DNA from: Candidatus Marinacidobacterium sp.
GTDB lineage: Bacteria; Acidobacteriota; Vicinamibacteria; Marinacidobacterales; Marinacidobacteraceae
Length of the DNA: 64,000 nt
Assembly: GCA_965220965.1 (NCBI GenBank)
Contig: OZ244852.1
Location: forward strand, 2,432,001 to 2,496,000
Direction: 5' to 3'
The stretch's first letter is position 1. Every line of letters begins with the position of its first letter. The notes beneath the pieces were generated by a model, which was not told where the DNA came from, ran no database searches, and was given only the letters and a program-made list of their open reading frames with translations. Below, piece by piece: positions 46,527 to 56,389 of this stretch. A program made the translations under genes and the position numbers.

Positions 46527-48181
46527 CGATCAGTCCGTTGGGGGAAGAGATCCCAGAAAAGGAAAACCGGCGGCGCCACCACGAGCCGCGCCCGGTCCCG
46601 CAGCGTCTGGCCGCTCATGGGATCCTCGTGGGTGGCGACGACCCAGACATCGCCCATGTTGTCGGCGTTCAGCTCGCGTTCCGGATTGGGCCCGTCGAGT
46701 CCCGGCGTGAACAGGCCGTCGGCGTTGACGCTGCCGACGAAGCGGGTGTCGGCGTCCTCGTCCCGGATGAAGTACTCCTCGGTCGTCCAGGCGACTTCGA
46801 CCGGGCCGAGGTCGAGGTCGTCTTCGGTGAGCCGCTCACCGTCCGGCCCGGCGTGCCAGCCGGTCGCCTCGAACTGGACAAACTGCTTCGGCGCGACCAC
46901 GCCGCCCACGCGCGAAAGCGCCATCTCCGGCTGAACCCGGATGTAGTCGACCCCGTCGTGGACCGCGAAGGCGTCCACCGCCCGGACCCCGCCAACGGAC
47001 GCATCGCGGTAGCCGACCGGGGCGTCCTCCCCGATCCCGAGGTCGACCAGCAACTCCTGGTCGGAGAGCCGGCGGACGTTCGTGACCGCGACTCCGGATC
47101 CCAGGTCGAGCGCAGCCCCCGCTTCCTCGGTGAACCCGGCCCCCAGGATCCGGACATCGGCGGCGCTCGTTCCGGCGCGCCCGGAGGACGGCCAGACGGC
47201 GGCGACCCGGGGACCGGAGCCGAGCCGGCTCAGTTCGATGTCCAGCCCGTCCTCACCGAACCGGCCGGAGAACATGCGGCCAGTAAGCGTCTCCCCGTCG
47301 GAGGACAGCATGAGCGTCGCGCGCCGCTCGCCGAGCCCCTCGCCCTCGTCCCGGCCGCGGAAGGAGAACCCGCCGTAGAGGACACCCGACCCGGTCCGGG
47401 CCTCCCGCGTCCCGTCGGCGTGAATCAGGTCGCCGGCGTAGGCGTAATCGCCCGGCGCCGCCCCGGAGGAGAACTCGACGACGCCGGCGATCGGGCCGCT
47501 GCCCGGGTGGTGTCCCTCGAGGAACCACCGCCCGGCGATCCCCGGCCCGGGCCCCTTCGCCCGGTAGGCGCGGAACGCGTCGGTCTCGAACGGGTACTTC
47601 TCCTTGAGCTGGTCCAGCACCCGGTCCACCGCCCAGCGCCCATCGCCGTCTTCCGCTGGCTCTCCCCGGAAGGTCTGGCCCTCGATGACCGGGAAGTACC
47701 CGACGTGCATCCCCTTGAGCAGGTCCCACTCCTCGTCGGTCCGGCGCTGGAGCCGGAAACGGGCGGTGTGGTGGCATCGCGAGCAGGTCTCGGCGATGAG
47801 CGCCTCGTCCTCGGTGAACGACTCCTGGAGCGGCCGCTGCTCGGCCAGGTAGAACCAGGGGGCCTCCTCTTCGGGGGCGAGCCCGTGTTCGTCGGTCAGG
47901 TAGCGGACCACCGCCCGCGCGTCCTCGGGGGAGAGGTCCACGTTTCCGGTCCGGATCATCCGGATCACGGTGATCTGCCAGCCCTCCGCGGACTTGCGCT
48001 GGAAGGAGATGCGCGACATCCGTCCGGCGTCATCGGTGGCGTGGCAGGCGCCGCAGGCGGCCTGCACCAGCGGGCTCGTCACCGGGATGCCCTCCTGGGC
48101 ATGCGAGAGAGCCGCCGCCCCGATGACCAGAACGAGCGCCGCCCCCAGCGAGGCGGGCATCGGATTGGTTCGCATCTGCAA
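46523..48181 (-). CDS. qhpA: Quinohemoprotein amine dehydrogenase alpha subunit (di-heme c)
   Basis: CGACH and CSRCH, SRISFQRKSAEGW, LQRRTDEEW, ARVGG-like SRVGG, GLFTP..GPNPER. Confidence 0.93.
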   Translation of the reverse strand: MQMRTNPMPASLGAALVLVIGAAALSHAQEGIPVTSPLVQAACGACHATDDAGRMSRISFQRKSAEGWQITVIRMIRTGNVDLSPEDARAVVRYLTDEHGLAPEEEAPWFYLAEQRPLQESFTEDEALIAETCSRCHHTARFRLQRRTDEEWDLLKGMHVGYFPVIEGQTFRGEPAEDGDGRWAVDRVLDQLKEKYPFETDAFRAYRAKGPGPGIAGRWFLEGHHPGSGPIAGVVEFSSGAAPGDYAYAGDLIHADGTREARTGSGVLYGGFSFRGRDEGEGLGERRATLMLSSDGETLTGRMFSGRFGEDGLDIELSRLGSGPRVAAVWPSSGRAGTSAADVRILGAGFTEEAGAALDLGSGVAVTNVRRLSDQELLVDLGIGEDAPVGYRDASVGGVRAVDAFAVHDGVDYIRVQPEMALSRVGGVVAPKQFVQFEATGWHAGPDGERLTEDDLDLGPVEVAWTTEEYFIRDEDADTRFVGSVNADGLFTPGLDGPNPERELNADNMGDVWVVATHEDPMSGQTLRDRARLVVAPPVFLFWDLFPQRTDR

Positions 48182-48256
48182 TGGCCCATGGTACTACCGC
48201 TTCGACCGTCGCGACATCCGCGGCGCCTCCGGCTGGCCGGGTGGTACAAACCGCGC

Positions 48257-49498
48257 ATGGTCCCTTCCCTGTCCCGCCGGAGTTTTCTGGGCGCCGCTGG
48301 CGCCACCGCCACGGTCTTCGCGCCCTCGGGCGCCAGGGGCGTTCCCACGCCGGAGGTCGCCGCCCGCATGGCGACCGGGCGTCTCTCCGAGTTCGGGATG
48401 TCCATGTGGGACCTGGACACGCCGGCGCTCCTGGTGGATCTGGATGCGCTCGAGCGGAACATCGAGCGTCTCGAGCGGGCCGTTCGTGCGAACGGCATCG
48501 CCGCCCGGCCCCATGCGAAGACCCACAAGACTCCCGCCATCGCCCGGATGCAGCTCGAAGCCGGCGCGGTCGGCATCTGCGTCGCCAAGGTTGGCGAGGC
48601 CCAGGCTCTCTTCGATCACGGCATCGAGGAGATCCTGATGACGACGAGCAATGTGACGCCCTACAAGATCCGGCGCGCCATGGGTCTCGCGGCGGTCTGT
48701 CCGACCTTCATCCAGGCGACCGACACCGAAGAAAACGCCCGCGCGCTCTCCGAAGCGGCGCTCGCCGCCGGGGTCACCGCCGATGTGGTCGTGGATGTGG
48801 ACCCGGGCGGCCACCGCACCGGGATCACGCCGGGCGCGCCCGCTCTCGGGCTCGCCCAACTCGTCGACCGGCTCCCCGGGCTCCGGCTCCGCGGCATCCT
48901 CTGTTACGACGGCGGCTCCCAGCACGTGAAGGGCTTCGAGGTACGCGAGAAGCAGACTCTCGAGCGCCTCGCGGCGGCCGGGGACACCCTGGAACGCATG
49001 AGCGCTTCCGGCCTGGACACCGGGATCTTCAGCGGCGGCGGCACCGGCAGCTACAACATCGACCACCAGACCCCCGGCTTCACCGATGTCCAGGTCGGGT
49101 CCTACGTCTTCATGGACGCCCAGTACCTCGAGATCGGCGGCCGGACGAACCCCGACCTCTACGACGACTTCGAGTCTTCGCTCACGATCCTGACCACCGT
49201 GCTGAACGCGCAGTACGACGGGCGGGCGACGACCGACGCCGGCGCCAAGGCCTGCACGATCAACCGGCCGTGGGCGCTCGTGAAGGGCGAGACCGGGATG
49301 TCCTACACCTCCGGGTCCGACGAGTTCGGAACGATCCGCTACGAGGATCCGAGCCGCACCTACCGGGTCGGCGACAAGCTCGAACTCATCGTCTCCCACT
49401 GCGATCCGGTGGTGAACCTCTACGACAATCTCGTGGCGGTCCGTGGGGGTCTCGTCCAGGCCGTCTGGCCCATCGCGGCCCGCGGCATGTCAACCTGA
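48257..49498 (+). CDS. Tat-exported DSD1/D-threonine aldolase family PLP enzyme
   Basis: SRRSFL; DTPALLVD, RPHAKTHK, GGGTG, GSYVFMD, DAGAKA, HCDPVVN. Confidence 0.88.
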   Translation: MVPSLSRRSFLGAAGATATVFAPSGARGVPTPEVAARMATGRLSEFGMSMWDLDTPALLVDLDALERNIERLERAVRANGIAARPHAKTHKTPAIARMQLEAGAVGICVAKVGEAQALFDHGIEEILMTTSNVTPYKIRRAMGLAAVCPTFIQATDTEENARALSEAALAAGVTADVVVDVDPGGHRTGITPGAPALGLAQLVDRLPGLRLRGILCYDGGSQHVKGFEVREKQTLERLAAAGDTLERMSASGLDTGIFSGGGTGSYNIDHQTPGFTDVQVGSYVFMDAQYLEIGGRTNPDLYDDFESSLTILTTVLNAQYDGRATTDAGAKACTINRPWALVKGETGMSYTSGSDEFGTIRYEDPSRTYRVGDKLELIVSHCDPVVNLYDNLVAVRGGLVQAVWPIAARGMST

Positions 49499-50908
49499 GG
49501 CGGCGCGGCCATCGTCGCCCGGCGCCAGGAAGCCCTCGCGCCACAGCCAGCCGACGGCGGTCTGGAGGTCCGGTCCGGAGAGATCGCTGATGTTCCGGGC
49601 GCGGGCGAGACTGCCCGCCCTACAGACCGCGCGGAAGACCGGCGCGAGGGCGATGTCGCCGAGCCGGTGGGCTGGCCGGGAGCGGCCAGGAAGAGTCAGG
49701 ACCTCGGCGGGAACGATCCAGTCCGCTTCCAGGACGCCCTGGCGGCGGACCCTCGCGCCCGGCGCCGCGGCGAGGGGCGCGTCGGGTGAGGGGAGCGGCG
49801 ATACGGCCGGCGGCGCCGCGGCGCGCCGGGCGCGGCGGCGCCAGAACGGGCGGTCCTGGAAGCGGGTCTCCTCCGCGTAGAAGGCTGCGCAGCGGGCGCC
49901 CGCGTCCCTCGCCACACCTCGCTCCTTGTCGGCGTGGAACCCGAAGGCGAGGGCGCGGTCGGCGGGACGCTCCAGCGCGGTGCGCAGGACGACCGCGGCG
50001 GTGAGGCCGGAGTCCATCGCCTTCATGACGCCGAGACCGGTCAGCGGGTCGAGGGCGGCGGCGGCGTCCCCGACGGCGATCAGCATCCCTTCCTCGTCCA
50101 CCGGCGTCGCCAGCGCGTAAGGCGTCGCGTCGGCCGCGGTGAGTCCGGCGTCCGCCGGGCTCGCCTCCAGATCGGCGAAACCGGAGAGATCCACCTGCCC
50201 GACGGCGTCATGAAACGCCCTCTCCGGATCCCGGGCGTCTTCGGCGTCGAGCATCACCGTGACGTCGCGCCGACCGTCGACGACCGGGGCGCTCCACGCC
50301 CAGCCGTCCGGGAAGGAAGCGATGAGCGTCGCCCGCCTCGCGCCCGGGGAGAAGTGGCCGGTGATCGCCGTGGTGCGGGGGCCGGGGACTTCGCGCCTCT
50401 CCCGCGTCAGCCGGCCGGCGCGTCCGGTCGCGTCCACGACCGCGCGCGCCTCGAAAGTGAACTCCTCTCTCGCCGTCCGGACCAGAAGTCCGGTGGCCCC
50501 CGCCTTCGAGACGGCGCCGGTCACCGACCCCTCGATGACCCGGACTCCGGCGCGGCGCGCCTCTTTCAGCGCCCAGGCGTCCAGCCGATCCCGGCGAACG
50601 AGTCGCTGTCCCTCGCCTTGTCCGGCGGGCGGCTGGACCGGGATCCGCGTCTCCCTCCCTCCCCAGCGGACGAGGTGGTCCGCCGGACGGGGAGCGAACG
50701 CCGCCGCATCCAGCTCGAGCCCGTAGGACCCAAGGAGTCGCGGCGCAGACGCCGCAAGGCTCTCTCCGAGGTGCTGGCGCCGCCGGCGAGGGGTATGGAC
50801 GAGTGTCACACGGAAGCCGAATGCGGCGAGTTGGCGCGCCGCGAGCGCGCCCGCCGGGCCGCCCCCGGCGACCGCCACGTCCGCGGTGATTCGCTGCCCC
50901 TCTTTCAG
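49490..50908 (-). CDS. qhpG: FAD-dependent monooxygenase of CTQ biogenesis
   Basis: GGGPAG, GES, DATGR, VGDAAAALDPLTGLG, FYAEETRF..PFWRRR, C-terminal wHTH-like region; next to qhp genes; apparent CTG start. Confidence 0.75.
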   Translation of the reverse strand: MKEGQRITADVAVAGGGPAGALAARQLAAFGFRVTLVHTPRRRRQHLGESLAASAPRLLGSYGLELDAAAFAPRPADHLVRWGGRETRIPVQPPAGQGEGQRLVRRDRLDAWALKEARRAGVRVIEGSVTGAVSKAGATGLLVRTAREEFTFEARAVVDATGRAGRLTRERREVPGPRTTAITGHFSPGARRATLIASFPDGWAWSAPVVDGRRDVTVMLDAEDARDPERAFHDAVGQVDLSGFADLEASPADAGLTAADATPYALATPVDEEGMLIAVGDAAAALDPLTGLGVMKAMDSGLTAAVVLRTALERPADRALAFGFHADKERGVARDAGARCAAFYAEETRFQDRPFWRRRARRAAAPPAVSPLPSPDAPLAAAPGARVRRQGVLEADWIVPAEVLTLPGRSRPAHRLGDIALAPVFRAVCRAGSLARARNISDLSGPDLQTAVGWLWREGFLAPGDDGRAASG

Positions 50909-53412
50909 CGGCGAAGGGCCCTGATGCGCTGGAGTCCCTCTTCCACCCCGGCGAGGACTAGCTCGCGCTGGGCCTCGTTCGCCCAGTCGTCCCGCCGCTC
51001 CATGGCGGCCCCGAAGTCCACGATCATCTGCTCGATGTAAGCGCGGTCGGCTTCGACCACGATCCCGCGACCGCCCACGAGCACGTAGACCGGAGTCGAG
51101 TGCGCGAAGAGCCCGATGTCGGTGGTCCAGGGTGACTGCGGGCCCTCCACGCGGACCGCCACCCAGGCGCTGTCGTCGAGCGCCAGCTCGGTGGTCAGCT
51201 CGAGCGCGAACGGCGACTCCGCCACCGGATCGGCCCGGGGATCGCCGGTCGCCTCTTCCCGGACTTGGCCGTTCACCAGGATCTGCAGCCGCTCCATCGG
51301 GACGGCCGATATCGCCCGCGCCCGCACCGGAACCGTCCCGGGGCCGTCGAGCCGGATCTCTTCCCCCATCCCCGCGCCATCCACCGACAGCTCGAGGAGG
51401 GGTCCGTTCGTCGAGAAGCTGCGGCCGGCGCGGAGTCCTTCACCCCAGGCGTCGATCGTGAGCGGGCCCTCTACGCGGACGTAAGTCCGCCCGGTCCCCA
51501 GCGGCGGATCGCGGGAGGTGTCCGAGAAGGTGTCCGATCCGCCGGCGGCGGCGAGGCGCAGCCCGGCGTTCTGCAGGCGGGCGTAGATCGCCGCCGCGCC
51601 GATCTCGGAACTCGGGATGCAGTTGATGTCGAAGAAGTCGGCGACCCCCAGGACGGCGTCCAGCGGAATCGCGGATGGCGAATTCCCCTCGAACCGCTCC
51701 CCCTCGGCGAGGTACCCCCAGTAGGGGTGCGGCATGCCCACGACGACCTGCTCGCCCTGTTCGGCGCGCAGCCGGCGGATGTAGTCGAACAGCGGCGGGA
51801 ACGGGGCCTCGCGCGCCGTTCCGCGCACTCCGGTGGCCAGCGGGTGGAACAGCCGCACCGGGTTCAGGAACGTGCGGTGTCCGAAGGGCATCCGGTATTC
51901 CTGTCCATAGCGGAGCCGGATGTGGTCGGTCGAGGCGGGGTGCGGACCGGGGGCGAAGCGCTCGAAGTCGCCCATCGTCCGCGATCCGTCCACATGGATC
52001 AGCGCGTGGACCACCCGGACCGCCTCGGCCTCCGCCTGGGCCACCAGATCCTCCGGCGTGATCCGCAGGTCCCCGGCGTGGAGGTCGTGGACATGCGTGT
52101 CACCCGAGCGCCAGCCCTCGGCGCCGAGGTCGGCGAACCGCTCGACCACGGCGTCGACCACGGTTTCCTCTCCCGGGGCGATCTCCACCGTTCGCTCCCA
52201 GGGCAGGAACTCGACCCCGCGCTTCAGCCGCACGGTGGCGGGCCCGGGAGGCAGTTCGACCTCGAACTCGCCGCCGGTGTGGAAGTAGTGAGTCTCGGTG
52301 AAGGAGACGATGCGCCGGAAGGCCCCGCGGGGCGCATGCGCGCGGCCATCGGCCCCCAGCACGGTGGCCCTCGCCGCGAGGTTGGCCCGCACCCGCAGCC
52401 GACCCCATGGAGCGCCGGCGCGCGTCAGCCCGGTGACATCCACCGGGTGGACGCCGCCGCCGTGGACTCCGACCCGCCGGAGTCCCGGACGCCCGTCCCG
52501 GTTCGTCGTGAACACGAGCGCTTCGCCGTCGGGCGACCACGCCGGGTCCCGCTCATCCCAGCGGTCGTCGCGCGTCAGCCGGAACGGGACGCCGCCCGCG
52601 GCCGGGAGCAGGAACAGGTCGTAGCTTCCCCGGATGTCGGATGCGTAGGCGATGAAGCGCCCGTCGGGGGAGACCGCCGGACGGGTGCGGAACGTCGTCT
52701 CTTCCACGTGGAGCTCGCGGGCGTCGCCGGGGCCCTCGATCCGGAAGATGCCTCCCGTCCCGGGAAAGTCCGAGCGGTTCGACACCGCCACCACGAAGTC
52801 ATCCGCGCCCCCGAGGAGGAACCCCGGCCCGGGGTCCGGCTGGATCTCGTTCGACTCCCCGCCCCAGACGAGGTGGTCGTCGCCGCTCGCGGCGATCGCC
52901 CGGATGTCGAAGCTCCCCGAGTCCGCGGACGCGTAGACGACGCGGCCTTCCGACGCCGCCCGCGGATGGAAGTCCATCGCCGGGTGGGACGTCAGGCGTT
53001 CCGGGGTTCCTCCTCGCGCCGCCACCCGGTAGATGTCGAGGTTGCCGCCGAGGTCCCGCGCAAAAACCAGCGAGCTTCCGTCCGGCGCCCAGTCGGGCTC
53101 GAAGTCGTAGGCGGGATCCGGATCCTCCGGCCCTCCGGTGATCTGTCTCGCCGTCCCGCCTTCCACCGGTACGGCCCAGATCCGGCCGTCGAGGGCGAAA
53201 GCGATCTCCCGCCCGTCAGGGGACCACGCCGGGGTGGCGGGCCACGCGGTGACGCGCGGGACCAGGTAGTTCTCCACCCGGATCTGCCCGCCGGCGACCG
53301 GCGGATACCGCAGCGGGCTCATCTGTCCGGTGGCGTTCCATGAGGCGCCAAACGCCGCGACCGCCAGGGTCGCGATCCGGAGGCGGGGGCCGCGAAGACC
53401 GGGAGCCGACAT
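50905..53412 (-). CDS. CehA/McbA family PHP-like metallohydrolase with TolB/PD40 repeats
   Basis: WSPDG repeats; SGDTHVH, QEYR..FGH, PHP, GGSD, GRTY, GRSFSTNGP, AHSTPVY; signal peptide. Confidence 0.82.
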   Translation of the reverse strand: MSAPGLRGPRLRIATLAVAAFGASWNATGQMSPLRYPPVAGGQIRVENYLVPRVTAWPATPAWSPDGREIAFALDGRIWAVPVEGGTARQITGGPEDPDPAYDFEPDWAPDGSSLVFARDLGGNLDIYRVAARGGTPERLTSHPAMDFHPRAASEGRVVYASADSGSFDIRAIAASGDDHLVWGGESNEIQPDPGPGFLLGGADDFVVAVSNRSDFPGTGGIFRIEGPGDARELHVEETTFRTRPAVSPDGRFIAYASDIRGSYDLFLLPAAGGVPFRLTRDDRWDERDPAWSPDGEALVFTTNRDGRPGLRRVGVHGGGVHPVDVTGLTRAGAPWGRLRVRANLAARATVLGADGRAHAPRGAFRRIVSFTETHYFHTGGEFEVELPPGPATVRLKRGVEFLPWERTVEIAPGEETVVDAVVERFADLGAEGWRSGDTHVHDLHAGDLRITPEDLVAQAEAEAVRVVHALIHVDGSRTMGDFERFAPGPHPASTDHIRLRYGQEYRMPFGHRTFLNPVRLFHPLATGVRGTAREAPFPPLFDYIRRLRAEQGEQVVVGMPHPYWGYLAEGERFEGNSPSAIPLDAVLGVADFFDINCIPSSEIGAAAIYARLQNAGLRLAAAGGSDTFSDTSRDPPLGTGRTYVRVEGPLTIDAWGEGLRAGRSFSTNGPLLELSVDGAGMGEEIRLDGPGTVPVRARAISAVPMERLQILVNGQVREEATGDPRADPVAESPFALELTTELALDDSAWVAVRVEGPQSPWTTDIGLFAHSTPVYVLVGGRGIVVEADRAYIEQMIVDFGAAMERRDDWANEAQRELVLAGVEEGLQRIRALRR

Positions 53413-53534
53413 GGGAGTTTCCGCCGAAGTATCCCAGAGGGCGGGCCACTCCTTCCCGCGCGGCCGGACCGCTAGAATCGCCCGACGCGGTCGCCTCGGG
53501 GTGGTGGCGGCCCGCTTTTTCCGGAGAGGGAACG

Positions 53535-53873
53535 ATGGCCGAGGGCAATGTGCTGGAACTGACCAGCGAGAACTTCGATTCCACCGTGGGCGGCGACCAG
53601 CCGACGCTCGTGGACTTCTGGGCCGAGTGGTGTGGCCCTTGCCGGATGATCGCTCCCACGATCACCGAACTCGCCGACGAGTTCGAGGGTCGGGCGCACA
53701 TCGGCAAGGTGGACATCGATGCCGAACCGATGATCGCGGACCGCTTCCGGGTCCGCTCGATCCCGACGCTCCTGTTCTTCCAGGGCGGCGAGGTCGTCGG
53801 GCAGATCATCGGAGTCCAGCGGAAGCAGGCGCTCGCCGACAAGCTGAACTCGCTCATCAACGGCGCCGCCTGA
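53535..53873 (+). CDS. trxA: Thioredoxin
   Basis: DFWAEWCGPC, SIPTL. Confidence 0.95.
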   Translation: MAEGNVLELTSENFDSTVGGDQPTLVDFWAEWCGPCRMIAPTITELADEFEGRAHIGKVDIDAEPMIADRFRVRSIPTLLFFQGGEVVGQIIGVQRKQALADKLNSLINGAA

Positions 53874-53971
53874 AGCCGGGCGTCACCGCTCCCCCGCCCG
53901 GGTAGAGCGCCCCGTCTCCTGTCGTCTCGGTGGCGGGACGCCGCCGCCGCGTTCGTGAGACACTGAGCCGG

Positions 53972-55534
53972 ATGAGCGGCTCGCGTGTCGGGTCCCTGGC
54001 CCGGTCGTTCCTGCCGGCGGCGGCGCTGGGGTCCCTTGTGGCCTGCGGGACGCCCGCCGGCGGACTCGTCATCGAGAACGCCCGGATCGTGGACGGAACC
54101 GGCGCGCCGGCCTTCCTCGGCGGCGTCCGGATCGAGGCCGGGAGCATCACCCACGTGGGACCGGATGTGTCCCCGGGACCTGGCGCCGAGGTCGTGGACG
54201 CCGGCGGGCGGGTGCTGGCCCCCGGTTTCGTGGACACCCACAGCCACGCGGATCGCGGGATCCTCGATGAGCTCGATGCGGTCGCCGCAGTGAGCCAGGG
54301 AATCACGACAATCGTCGTCGGGCAGGACGGGGGCTCTCCGCACCCGCTGGCGGACTTCCGCGCCCGGCTGGAGGCGGATCCCGCCACCGTCAACGTGGCC
54401 AGCTACGTGGGCCACAACACCCTGCGCGACCTCGTCCTCGGGGAGGACTTTCGCCGGGAGGCCACGGACGAAGAGATCGCGGCGATGGCGGGCCTTCTCG
54501 CGGAGGAACTCGAAGCGGGGGCGCTCGGGCTGAGCACCGGCCTCGAGTACGACCCGGGGATCTACTCGGCGACCGGGGAGGTGATCGCCCTGGCCGAGGT
54601 CGCCGCGGCGGCCGGAGGGCGCTACATCAGCCATCTCCGCAGCGAGGACCGCTGGTTCCGGGACGCGGTCGAAGAGATCATCAGGGTGGGCGAGGTCACC
54701 GGCATGCCGGTCCAGATCTCCCACGCCAAGCTCGCGCTGAAGAGCCTGTGGGGTGGGGCCGAGGCGTTTCTGGACCGCCTCGACCAGGCGCGCGCCGAGG
54801 GGGTGGACATCACCCTCGATGTCTATCCGTACCCGTACTGGCAATCGACGCTGACCGTCATGTTCCCCGACCGCGACTACGGCGATCTCGAGGAGGCCAG
54901 CTATGTCGTCACCGAGATGGCTCCGCCCGAGGGGATCCTGATTCCGGTCTACGCTCCGGAGCCCTCCTGGGCCGGAAGAACGCTCGCGTCGATCGCCGAG
55001 GAACTCGACGAGGAACCGGCCGTGGTTCTGCTCGATCTCATCCGCCGCGCCGAGGCGATGCGCGCCGATCCGGCGACGCCGCCCGGGACGCCGATCGAGT
55101 CCGTAATCGCCACGAGCATGGCCGAGGACGACATCGCCCGCATCTTCGCCTGGGACCACGCGAACCTGAGCACCGACGGGGCCCTGCGGGGAGCGCACCC
55201 CCGGGGGTTCGGCGCGTTCCCCCGCGCGCTCCGCCAGTTCGTCCGCGAGCGCCAGATCGTGACCCTCGAGGAGGCCGTACGCCGAATGACCTCGCTTGCC
55301 GCGGACCACATGGGGTTCTCCGGCCGGGGTCGGATCGAGCCCGGGATGGCGGCTGACCTCGTCCTGTTCGACCCGGACACCGTCACCGACCGGGCCACGC
55401 CCGAGGACCCGCACGCCCTGTCGACCGGGATCCACCGGGTGCTGGTCGCCGGGGAGACGGTCTTTGTGGATGGCCGGACAACCGACGCCCGCCCGGGCGC
55501 CTTCCTCACCCGCGAGATGTCGCCACCCTCATGA
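53972..55534 (+). CDS. N-acyl-D-amino-acid deacylase family lipoprotein
   Basis: PGFVDTHSH, GQDG, STGLEY, SHLRSE, ISHAK, DVYPY, HPRGFG; lipobox LVAC. Confidence 0.88.
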   Translation: MSGSRVGSLARSFLPAAALGSLVACGTPAGGLVIENARIVDGTGAPAFLGGVRIEAGSITHVGPDVSPGPGAEVVDAGGRVLAPGFVDTHSHADRGILDELDAVAAVSQGITTIVVGQDGGSPHPLADFRARLEADPATVNVASYVGHNTLRDLVLGEDFRREATDEEIAAMAGLLAEELEAGALGLSTGLEYDPGIYSATGEVIALAEVAAAAGGRYISHLRSEDRWFRDAVEEIIRVGEVTGMPVQISHAKLALKSLWGGAEAFLDRLDQARAEGVDITLDVYPYPYWQSTLTVMFPDRDYGDLEEASYVVTEMAPPEGILIPVYAPEPSWAGRTLASIAEELDEEPAVVLLDLIRRAEAMRADPATPPGTPIESVIATSMAEDDIARIFAWDHANLSTDGALRGAHPRGFGAFPRALRQFVRERQIVTLEEAVRRMTSLAADHMGFSGRGRIEPGMAADLVLFDPDTVTDRATPEDPHALSTGIHRVLVAGETVFVDGRTTDARPGAFLTREMSPPS

Positions 55535-56334
55535 ACCCCGCCGTTCGCTTCGGACCCCTGCTGTCGGGTCTCGCCACCCTCCTTCTGTTCGCCGCGTGTG
55601 GCGGAGGCGGTGAGTCGCCCCTGCCCACGACCCCGGAGCCCCTGCCCTCGCTCGATGTCCCCTTCTCCACCGAGGATCTCGAAGTCGGCGACGGCCCCAC
55701 CCTGGAAATGGGGTGGCTGGCGGCGATCGCCTACACCGGCTGGATCTACGACCCCGACGCTTCCGACAACCGCGGCGACGTGGTCGGATCGGCCCCCGTC
55801 GAGGCGCCGGCGCCCTTCCGGGTCGGCATCGGCCAGTTGATCCCCGGCGTCGACCAGGGGATCCTCGGAATGCGGGTCGGCGGCCGACGGCGCATCGTCG
55901 TTCCGCCGGACCTGGGATTCGGCGCTTCCGGGACCAGCGGGATTCCGGGGAACGCGACGCTCCTCTACGAGATCGAGTTGCTGGCGGCCGACGAAGTTCC
56001 GTTCAGCGCCAACGACCTGACCGCGGGGGACGGTCCCGAAGCCGAGGCCGGCCAGTCGCTTTCGGTCGTCTACCGAGGCTGGATCTACGACCTGCTGGCG
56101 GAGGAGAACAAGGGCGACCTCTTCGACTCGAACACCGCCGACAGCCCCTACACCTTCACGCTCGGCGCCGGAACGGTCATCGAGGGGTGGGAGCGCGGCG
56201 TCCCCGGTCTGCGCGTCGGCGGCGTCCGACGGCTGGTGATTCCCCACGAGCTGGGGTACGGAACCACCGCCAGCGGCCCCATCCCGGCCTACTCAACGCT
56301 CCTCTTCGAGGTCGAACTCCTCGCGATCAACTGA
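55531..56334 (+). CDS. Tandem FKBP-type peptidyl-prolyl isomerase lipoprotein
   Basis: FAAC lipobox; two FKBP domains (GMRVGGRR..LLYEIEL; GLRVGGVRR..LLFEVEL). Confidence 0.9.
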   Translation: MNPAVRFGPLLSGLATLLLFAACGGGGESPLPTTPEPLPSLDVPFSTEDLEVGDGPTLEMGWLAAIAYTGWIYDPDASDNRGDVVGSAPVEAPAPFRVGIGQLIPGVDQGILGMRVGGRRRIVVPPDLGFGASGTSGIPGNATLLYEIELLAADEVPFSANDLTAGDGPEAEAGQSLSVVYRGWIYDLLAEENKGDLFDSNTADSPYTFTLGAGTVIEGWERGVPGLRVGGVRRLVIPHELGYGTTASGPIPAYSTLLFEVELLAIN

Positions 56335-56389
56335 GGCCGGCGCCCCCGGTAGCGTCTCGCTGGGGGTAGGCTAGGGCGCTTTGGTCGAA

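Noticed and set aside
46538-48256. Apparent 986-aa fusion upstream of the DSD1 enzyme
   Set aside because: The N-terminal part is antisense to qhpA; the real start is the Tat signal at 48257. The same applies to the extended ORFs for ino1, the amidase, the TPR and the FGE genes.
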